A stretch of DNA of 32,000 bases from an uncultured archaeon (lineage in GTDB: Archaea; Iainarchaeota; Iainarchaeia; Iainarchaeales; Iainarchaeaceae), in the NCBI GenBank assembly GCA_964577555.1, contig CAZNZM010000006.1, positions 2,979 to 34,978 on the forward strand. The letters run 5' to 3'. Position 1 is the stretch's first letter. Each line of letters begins with the position of its first letter. The position numbers and the translations under genes are program-made. Below, piece by piece: positions 16,230 to 22,884 of this stretch. The notes under the pieces are model-generated. The model did no database searches and was not told the DNA's origin. It saw only the letters and a program-made list of their open reading frames with translations.

Positions 16230-16961
16230 TCAATTTCCTCCTAAAGGAGCAATCGATTTTATGTAAAGCAATATTGCGCAGTCAATACAAGGAAATATGA
16301 TGCTTGTCAAAGCCAAAATCATTTTTCCATTTATTGAAAAATCAATGAATGAACTTCCCACTATTATGAATGAAATTGAAAGCGCAGGAACCACTGCCGA
16401 AATTACTATAAATAATAGTGAAAGTGCGGACATTTTTCCAGTGTATTCTTTTATTTCCGCTTTTTTTCTACTTAACAATTCCATTGCAAGTTTTTTTATG
16501 CCGGAACCTTGTTTTTTTCCTCCGTGTTCATAAATTGAAATTACTTGTGCAAAAGCCCTTTTCACAATTTTTGAATTTGATTTTGCGGCAAATTTGGCTA
16601 GCATTTCTTTAAGCGGTTCACCGGACGCTTTTGCGGATGAAATGCAATTTCCAAGCAGTATTGAAAATTTTCCGTATTTTGATTCGGCAAGCCTTTCCAA
16701 AGCTCTGTCCGGCGGAATGCCTATGTTAAGTTCAAGGCTAAGTTGCATAAGTGCAAAAGGAAGTTGTGCTTCAATTTCTGCTGCATCACGCCTTAATTTT
16801 CTTTCAGTTTCTGTAAAAAAGTAAAAGAATGTTGTTGTCATGCAAATTATTCCTATAATTATTGATGTGTAAATATCGTCAAAGAATAATTCGGACGCCA
16901 AAAACCCAATTATAAAAGCCAGAATTGATTTTTTGAAAGAGCTTTCGATTTTCAAATTCAT
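16230..16961 (-). CDS. Type II/IV secretion system F-domain platform protein (TadB/FlaJ-like half)
   Basis: 243 aa with the same architecture (LPFALMQLSLELNIGIPPDRALERLAE...SAKASGEPLKEMLAKFA...). Its stop abuts the start of the downstream gene at 16228. Confidence 0.75.
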   Translation of the reverse strand: MNLKIESSFKKSILAFIIGFLASELFFDDIYTSIIIGIICMTTTFFYFFTETERKLRRDAAEIEAQLPFALMQLSLELNIGIPPDRALERLAESKYGKFSILLGNCISSAKASGEPLKEMLAKFAAKSNSKIVKRAFAQVISIYEHGGKKQGSGIKKLAMELLSRKKAEIKEYTGKMSALSLLFIVISAVVPALSISFIIVGSSFIDFSINGKMILALTSIIFPCIDCAILLYIKSIAPLGGN

Positions 16962-16967
16962 TTTTTT

Positions 16968-18422
16968 TCAACCTTCATTGTATTGTTGTATTGAATTGAA
17001 GTATTCTTCCCCAGTTTTTCCTCGTAATGTTTCCAAGAATTTGCTTCTTTTTTCAATCTCATTTATTATTTCTTTTTTCGGCATGTTGAAAGAATTTGAT
17101 ATTTTTTCAATCGTTTTTTGTCCAATTGATTTGATTTTGAAAGATTTTTTTTTGAAGTCATAAGAAAAAATTTTTTTTATACAGATTCCATTTTTTGTCA
17201 TTAAAGGCTCCGCTATTTCAATTAGTTTTCTTTGTTCGTAATGTCTTCCTTCTTGGTTAACCGTCCATCTTTTTTGTGTCAACACCAAATCCAATGCTGC
17301 TACATCCATTGGCATTGCCCCTAATTTGATTAACCTTGTTATCGCTTCATTTGCTGATTGTGCATGGAATGTTGAATAAGTTCCTTTTCCTTGCCCGGCA
17401 AGCAAGGAATCTATATAAGCCAGTGTTTCTTTTTTGTCCCTTATTTCCCCTACAATAACCCTGTCTGGTCGCATCCTTAAAGTGTTTGTCACTAGCTCAG
17501 CCATGCCTATTTCTATTCCTTCAGCGGTGTTCATTCTAATACAATGCTGGTGCATGATTGATATTTCCGGTGTTTCTTCAACTATTACAATTCTTTCGTT
17601 TTCCGGAATGAAATTCATTATACTGTTTAACAAAGTTGTTTTTCCAGAACCTGTATTGCCGCACACCATTATTGAGCAATCTGATTGTATTGCAAGCCAA
17701 AGGAAAGCCATTTGTTCAGAGGAAGCGGAGCCAAGCCTTATGATTTCTGTAGGAGTTGGCACGTTTGCCCTGAATTTTCTTATCGTAACAGATGGTCCGG
17801 AATTAGTTATTGGGTTCATGCATGCATTGAGTCTTGAACCGTCTGGAAGGCTGGCATTGATTTTGGGTTTCATAAGAGTCACCCGCCTGCCAAGGCTTGA
17901 ACCAAGCGCATTAACTATGTTTTTGACTTCTTCTTCGCTTGAAAAGTAAATATTGGATTCAAGCCATCCGAAATTCGAGTCAAAGACATAAATTGGTTTG
18001 GCTCTGCCAAGCCCTATGACTGCTATTTCTTCCAGCAACGGATCGCAAAGAAAAACACCAAGTATTCCATGAGAAGAAACCATTTCCGAAAGGCATCTTT
18101 TTAAGTAAATTTTTTGGTTGTCTTCAAGGTCCAGCCATTTTGATTTGCAATATTGTATAAAAAATTCGCTTGCGCCTTTTTCTGCAACAATTTTTCCCGA
18201 ATCCCTGAATACTTGCAATGCCGATTTCAGAAGCCTTGCTTCGTCCAAGCTTAGACAAGGAATTGATTTTTGAATGTAAATAGTTTTTCCGTTTCTAAGC
18301 CTTGTTATGTCCCTTTCTTCAGAAGACGAAACCACTATTTCTATTTCTTCTTCCGCAGGACTGAAGACCCGCCAACCAAGTATTTTCTCTATTTCTGCTG
18401 ATTCAAAATCCGACAAACCCAT
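16968..18422 (-). CDS. Type II/IV secretion ATPase (FlaI/PilB/VirB11 family)
   Basis: Walker A GNTGSGKTT, an acidic box VIVEETPE, and a Walker-B region RMRPDRVIVGEIRD. 484 aa, lying 6 bp upstream of the platform genes. Confidence 0.9.
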   Translation of the reverse strand: MGLSDFESAEIEKILGWRVFSPAEEEIEIVVSSSEERDITRLRNGKTIYIQKSIPCLSLDEARLLKSALQVFRDSGKIVAEKGASEFFIQYCKSKWLDLEDNQKIYLKRCLSEMVSSHGILGVFLCDPLLEEIAVIGLGRAKPIYVFDSNFGWLESNIYFSSEEEVKNIVNALGSSLGRRVTLMKPKINASLPDGSRLNACMNPITNSGPSVTIRKFRANVPTPTEIIRLGSASSEQMAFLWLAIQSDCSIMVCGNTGSGKTTLLNSIMNFIPENERIVIVEETPEISIMHQHCIRMNTAEGIEIGMAELVTNTLRMRPDRVIVGEIRDKKETLAYIDSLLAGQGKGTYSTFHAQSANEAITRLIKLGAMPMDVAALDLVLTQKRWTVNQEGRHYEQRKLIEIAEPLMTKNGICIKKIFSYDFKKKSFKIKSIGQKTIEKISNSFNMPKKEIINEIEKRSKFLETLRGKTGEEYFNSIQQYNEG

Positions 18423-18470
18423 ACTATTACGTCAATCAACGAAATATTTTTATTTGGTTTGTGCTTTTAG

Positions 18471-18836
18471 TCACCATTTCAATTTATCCCCTATTTTTAT
18501 TTTGTTCCCCAATTTTTTTGGCAATTCAATAAAATATTTGGCTGGTTTTTTTGGAGTATAATTTAAAGTCCATGGTTTTAATGTTGCTTTGTCCACCACT
18601 TTTTTGTTTTCGTCAAGAAAGATAATGTCTATTGGAAAGAAAACAAACAACATATGAACGCTTGCCCTAATCCTTGTTTTGTAGCCAAGTGTAAAAATAA
18701 GTGCATAATCAAAATTTTTTTCACTCTCCAACATTAATCCTTTAAATTTTTCAAAAAAAGTTTTTGCAAACTTGGTCTTTTTGCAAATAATTTTTCCATT
18801 TGCGCCTGAAAATTTTAGAGACATTTCAGCCCTCAA
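18471..18836 (-). CDS. DUF192-like small protein
   Basis: 121 aa. The FKGLM...HMLFVFFPIDIIFLDENKKVV...AKYFIELP pattern resembles the DUF192/COG1430 family. Confidence 0.6.
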   Translation of the reverse strand: MRAEMSLKFSGANGKIICKKTKFAKTFFEKFKGLMLESEKNFDYALIFTLGYKTRIRASVHMLFVFFPIDIIFLDENKKVVDKATLKPWTLNYTPKKPAKYFIELPKKLGNKIKIGDKLKW

Positions 18837-18839
18837 AAA

Positions 18840-19067
18840 TCAGTTTTTCTTTTCTTTACGCTCCCTTATAATCTCAATTTTAGGAATTTTTATTTCTTCA
18901 AGCAAGTCTGAAGGCCTTATTGCACCACTATTTTGTTCTCTCTCTATCTCTTTTCTTATCCCATCTATTTCTTGCATTTTAACCTGCATTTCCTCAAGTA
19001 TTTTTTCCATTGCTTTTCTCCTTTCTTGAAGCTCTAAAGTATTTCCTTTACCCATATACCTTAACAA
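18840..19067 (-). CDS. Small charged coiled-coil protein; the start could alternatively be at 19055
   Basis: 75-aa ORF rich in E/K/R heptad-like sequence, 3 bp upstream of the DUF192 gene. No motif recognised. Confidence 0.45.
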   Translation of the reverse strand: MLRYMGKGNTLELQERRKAMEKILEEMQVKMQEIDGIRKEIEREQNSGAIRPSDLLEEIKIPKIEIIRERKEKKN

Positions 19068-19110
19068 AATGCGTTGCTGAATAAATAACTTTTGGATTGG
19101 CCACTATAAC

Positions 19111-19308
19111 AATTTTTTTTGCAATTTGTTTCTGTCAAATGATTTTTTTGCCATGAAGAGCCAAAAGTGTTTTTTTGCTGGTTGTTTTTTTGTTCTGCAA
19201 GCCGTATTTTTTTTAGCAATTTTATTTTTTTAAGTTTTGATTTTTTTTGTTTTGTCTTGGCTTTTTTGAGTCTTTTTTTGTTGGTTTTTTTTCACGTTTT
19301 TTTTATAG
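19111..19308 (+). repeat. T-tract array locus E, in a divergent region upstream of the tRNA
   Basis: T7-T8 runs are separated by GCAA, GCCATGAAGAGCCAAAAGTG, GCAAGCCGTA and AGCAA. GCAAGCCGTA-T8-AGCAA-T4-A-T7 is a degenerate copy of the GAGCCA-T8-AGACAA core. Confidence 0.75.
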
Positions 19309-19423
19309 TTTCTCGTTCCAAACTAAAAGATAACATTATAAAATTTGTTTTATGCTTAGGATCTTTGGTAATCCTGCAAATTAGCTAGGTTGCAGGGTTG
19401 GATTTATTGCAAATTAAAGTTAT

Positions 19424-19551
19424 AGCCCCGTCGTCTAGCGGCTAAAGAAATTCAGTTTAGTAAATTTTTTAACAATTTGAAAAATTGATTTCTGTCGAAA
19501 GGATGCGAGCCTCTGGAGCTCGAAACCCCGGTTCGAATCCGGGCGGGGCTA
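19424..19551 (+). tRNA. tRNA-Gln: tRNA-Gln (anticodon CTG) with a roughly 55-nt intron at a non-canonical position in the D-loop / D-stem junction
   Basis: Acceptor AGCCCCG (19424-19430) pairs with CGGGGCT (19544-19550), with discriminator A. T-arm is CCCGG-TTCGAAT-CCGGG. Anticodon arm is CGAGC-CTCTGGA-GCTCG (19506-19522). D-stem is GTCT (19433-36) with GGAT (19501-04). About 55 extra nt lie between AGCGGCTAA and GGAT. A T9 tract follows. Confidence 0.85.
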
Positions 19552-19601
19552 TTTTTTTTTGAAATCTCTCTATAGAAAATTTAATTAATACATGCATTGT
19601 A

Positions 19602-19883
19602 ATGAATATCATGAAGTTCAAGTATTGTCCACAATGCGGTTCAATGGATATAAAAGTAAATGCGTTGAAACAAGAGACTTGTGAAAGGTGCAGGTATTCA
19701 GGCTCAATGAATGAAGGCGCAATGGATGAAATAAACAGATTTCAAAAATCCCTTAAATCTGGCGCAAGAGGAAATTTGAATAAAAACGAATTTTTGTCGC
19801 AAAAAATAGATTCAGCTTCTCAACTTAAAGAAAAAATGAAATCACTCAAAGGCAGAACAACTGACGATTTTGAAATAATTTGA
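19602..19883 (+). CDS. Small zinc-ribbon protein
   Basis: 93 aa with N-terminal CPQCG...CERC (a four-Cys ribbon) and a charged C-terminal tail. A/T-rich TATA-like sequence lies upstream. Confidence 0.6.
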   Translation: MNIMKFKYCPQCGSMDIKVNALKQETCERCRYSGSMNEGAMDEINRFQKSLKSGARGNLNKNEFLSQKIDSASQLKEKMKSLKGRTTDDFEII

Positions 19884-19893
19884 AGGTGAAAAG

Positions 19894-20253
19894 TTGGGCA
19901 TGGTAATAAGGAATGAAATTTTTCCACTACGAGCAAAATTGGGCAACAAGACTCAGTTGGAACTTTCTGTTGAGATAGAGAACGAAGATGACAAATCAAA
20001 AAAAATAAGCCTTGAAATAGAATTGCCCAAAGAAGCAACTTTTAATCCATTATGGACTAACACCATTTACAAGAAAAAATTTGATAATTTTAAGCCTTTT
20101 GAAAAATTTAAAGTCAAAATTCCGATTTACCTTTCAAGAATGGCTGAAGCAGGAAATTACAAAGGAAACATAATTGTTTGCGAGCATTTTAACGAATTCG
20201 GAGTTGTTGAAAGGGTGTTTAAGAAGGAAATCCTTTTCAGAATTGTCAATTAA
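19894..20253 (+). CDS. Hypothetical protein (119 aa)
   Basis: The ORF starts 10 nt after the previous stop and has ordinary coding composition. No motif recognised. Confidence 0.5.
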   Translation: MGMVIRNEIFPLRAKLGNKTQLELSVEIENEDDKSKKISLEIELPKEATFNPLWTNTIYKKKFDNFKPFEKFKVKIPIYLSRMAEAGNYKGNIIVCEHFNEFGVVERVFKKEILFRIVN

Positions 20254-20289
20254 ATTCCCAAAGTTTTTTGAACTTACTTAATTTTTTAA

Positions 20290-21372
20290 TTATTTAAAAT
20301 CCAAAATGCTTTTTTGTTTTTCTGGCGCTGATAACCCAGATATTCCGATTCCAAATCTTCTTGCAACAAAACCTGGTTTTTCCGAAAAAAATTCTTCTAT
20401 CAAATTTTTGGAAACTTTGATTATATCTTCGCTTTTTTGTGATGCTTTTTCAATTGTTTTACTTCTTGTGAAAGATTCCAGTTTGTTTGAAATAATGGTA
20501 ATTGAAATTGTTTTGAAAGTTTTTCTCAATTCAATGCATTTTTTTTCAAGTTCAAAAGAAATTGTTGGCAAATATTCAAAAATTTTTTGAGGGTTTGAAG
20601 TATTTTCTTTTAGTGTAATAATTCTTGAATATTGTTGTTGTTCCTTTTCCTCTACAATGCTGTCATCAATCCCATTGGCTTTTTCATGCAACATTTTTCC
20701 TTTTTTTTCCCCAAAAAGTTCTACAAGTTTTGGCAATTGAGTTTTTGCTAATTGAGTAATTGTTTTTATTCCTTGCTTTTCAAGTTCTTCAACTGTTTTT
20801 GGCCCCACTCCTTGCAAATCTGAAATGCTTTTGGTTCTTAAAAATTCTTGTACATAGCTTGGAATAATAACCGTGAGACCATTAGGTTTTTTTGTTTCTG
20901 AAGCCATTTTTGCTATCAATTTGTTAGGACCTATTCCAATAGAACAAGTTAATAATTCTTTTTCAAAAACCTCTTTTTTTATTTCCTTGGCAAGTTTTTC
21001 CGCATCAACAAAACTTCCTTTAACAGACTCTGAAATATCCAAATATGCTTCATCAATGCTTGTTTGTTCAAATTTTTCACCTTTTTGTCTTATTATGTCC
21101 ATTACTCTGTCTGAAACTTGTTCATAGTATTGCCTGTCTGCTTTGAGCAAAACCAATTCTTTTGATTTTTGTTTTGCAATGGATATTGGCATACCAGCCT
21201 TTATACCCAAAGCCCTTGCCATGTAATTTGAAGTTGCTATTGCACCTGAAAATTCGCTTCTTCCAGAAAACATGCAAACCGCAATCGGCTTGTTTTTAAG
21301 CTCCGGCGACCTTATTTCTTCAGCTTGCGCATAAAAATAGTCCAAGTCAATATGCATTATAACTCGTTGCAT
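20290..21372 (-). CDS. dinB: Y-family DNA polymerase IV (Dpo4/DinB)
   Basis: N-terminus MQRVIMHIDLDYFYAQAEEIRSPELKNKPIAVC plus SIDEAYLDIS and the HhH-like region LQGVGPKTVEEL. Start set at the internal ATG 21372, because the ORF-track start at 21450 would overlap the upstream gene by 43 nt. Confidence 0.9.
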   Translation of the reverse strand: MQRVIMHIDLDYFYAQAEEIRSPELKNKPIAVCMFSGRSEFSGAIATSNYMARALGIKAGMPISIAKQKSKELVLLKADRQYYEQVSDRVMDIIRQKGEKFEQTSIDEAYLDISESVKGSFVDAEKLAKEIKKEVFEKELLTCSIGIGPNKLIAKMASETKKPNGLTVIIPSYVQEFLRTKSISDLQGVGPKTVEELEKQGIKTITQLAKTQLPKLVELFGEKKGKMLHEKANGIDDSIVEEKEQQQYSRIITLKENTSNPQKIFEYLPTISFELEKKCIELRKTFKTISITIISNKLESFTRSKTIEKASQKSEDIIKVSKNLIEEFFSEKPGFVARRFGIGISGLSAPEKQKSILDFK

Positions 21373-21407
21373 GAAATAGTGTTGCTTTAATAGTTTTTTA
21401 AATGCAA

Positions 21408-22562
21408 TCAAGTGAGAATGAATTTTATGGCTTCTGGAAATAGACGCCAAAGTGAAGGAGTTGCCATTGCTTTTTCTAAAAACTTTGAAGGTTTGTCCAT
21501 GTCGCCATAATTTGAGAGAAATTCCCCAACATTAGCCTTATTCATTCTTCTTATTAGTTCGTCTATTTGATTTTCGTTTTTATTGTTTATGAATTGCCTT
21601 ATTTTCCAATGCAATATAAGTTCATGGTTTATTTCTGAAAGATATTTTTCATAATTTTCCAAAGGTTCTTTGTCTTTGAAAAATTTGTGAACTGCGTCGC
21701 CCGCTATGTTGCCTGCAAGCATTCCTATTATTATTCCCCCGCCAGTTGTCGCTTTTGTTTGAAACGCGGCATCCCCAACAAGCAAAATATTGTCTTTCAC
21801 TATTTTTTTTAGAGGTTCTCCGCATGGAATCAGTTTGCTACACATATCACAAAATTCGCCTGAAATGTTTTTGTCTTTTGTAAAAATATCAAAGTCACGC
21901 CTTATGTTTCCAGAAGTGCTTGCAAGCCCTACACGTGCCTTTTCCTCGTTTTCCGGAACAACCCACGCAAAATAATTTTTTGCATAATCCCCAAAAAAAA
22001 CTTGCACATAATTCTTGTCAAAATTGCCTTTTGCCACAACTTGATAGGCATGGACATAATTTTTTATGTCAGTGTTTATTCCGATTATTTTTCTTGTTTT
22101 GGAATTCACTCCATCTGCACCTACCAAAACCTTGGTTTTAAGAAGCTCTCCCCTGCCTTTGTGTTCAACAAAAACCGTTTCATTTCTAATGTCTATCAAT
22201 TTGGTTTCAGTCTTTATTTTCACACCTGATGCAATTGCTCTTGACGCCAAAGCCCTGTCAAATTCACCTCTATTTATTACATAAGCTACTGTTTCGCTTT
22301 TCTTCACTTCAAGCATTTCCTGTCCAGGAGAAAAAATTCTGGCTCCTCGGATTTTATTCACTAAAGTGTCTTCGACTTCTTTTCTTATTCCAAGTTCACT
22401 AACCCCTGAAGCGCTTATCAATCCAGTACAAGCTACAGGTTCGCCTATTTTTGGATGCTCTTCTATTACTATTGTTTGCCATCCTCTTTCTTGTATCCTT
22501 TTTGCAGCCGCAAGCCCTGCAGGTCCAGCTCCTGCAACACAAACCATTGTTTGTTCAGCCAT
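21408..22562 (-). CDS. Geranylgeranyl reductase-family FAD-dependent oxidoreductase (archaeal lipid saturation)
   Basis: Dinucleotide-binding N-terminus VCVAGAGPAGLAAAKRIQERGWQTIVIEEHPKIGEPVACTGLIS, later LLVGDAAFQTKATTGGGI, and a length of about 384 aa. Confidence 0.8.
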   Translation of the reverse strand: MAEQTMVCVAGAGPAGLAAAKRIQERGWQTIVIEEHPKIGEPVACTGLISASGVSELGIRKEVEDTLVNKIRGARIFSPGQEMLEVKKSETVAYVINRGEFDRALASRAIASGVKIKTETKLIDIRNETVFVEHKGRGELLKTKVLVGADGVNSKTRKIIGINTDIKNYVHAYQVVAKGNFDKNYVQVFFGDYAKNYFAWVVPENEEKARVGLASTSGNIRRDFDIFTKDKNISGEFCDMCSKLIPCGEPLKKIVKDNILLVGDAAFQTKATTGGGIIIGMLAGNIAGDAVHKFFKDKEPLENYEKYLSEINHELILHWKIRQFINNKNENQIDELIRRMNKANVGEFLSNYGDMDKPSKFLEKAMATPSLWRLFPEAIKFILT

Positions 22563-22639
22563 TATTTATTCAAACTGATAAAACTATAAAAATTCAACTA
22601 TTCCCAGGATTTAAAAATAAATTTGTTGAAAAACAACGA

Positions 22640-22880
22640 AATAGTTTTTTTTTGAATTATTTTTTTATTTTGTTTTTTTGTTTTTTTTGTTTTGCAAGCC
22701 ATTTTTTTTAGTTTTTTTTTGAATTGTTTTTTTTGTGAGCGTTTTTTTTAGACAATTTTTGTTTTGTTTTATTTTTGGAGTTTTGTTTTTTTGTGAGCCG
22801 TTTTTTTGCCATTTTTTTGTGAACTTGTTTTTTTGTTAACGATTTTTTTGCTTTTAGGGAATATTTTATTTTTTTTATGA
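22640..22880 (+). repeat. T-tract array locus F, between two minus-strand genes
   Basis: 22689-22793 aligns word for word with 412-532 (GTTTTGC[A/G]AGCCA-T8-AG-T9-GAA..-T8-G[T/C]GAGC.-T8-AGACAA-T5-G...TTTTG-T7/8). It begins with AATAG-T9-GAATTA, as do loci A and B. Confidence 0.9.
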
Positions 22881-22884
22881 CATT

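Noticed and set aside
15543-17949. Plus-strand ORFs 15543..16076, 16297..16533, 16418..16612, 16594..16824, 16933..17163 and 17434..17949
   Set aside because: They are antisense to the ATPase and platform genes, which carry diagnostic Walker and T2SSF motifs.
19167-19388. 73-aa F-rich ORF across array E
   Set aside because: It is a T-tract read-through and ends in the tRNA upstream region, with no coding signal.
21373-21450. Longer start for Dpo4 (ORF-track start 21450)
   Set aside because: It would overlap the 3' end of the geranylgeranyl-reductase gene by 43 nt. It would also add 26 non-conserved residues before the canonical MHIDLDYFYAQ polymerase N-terminus.
22451-22711. 86-aa plus-strand ORF spanning the GGR gene start and array F
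   Set aside because: It is partly antisense to a motif-supported gene and partly T-array.
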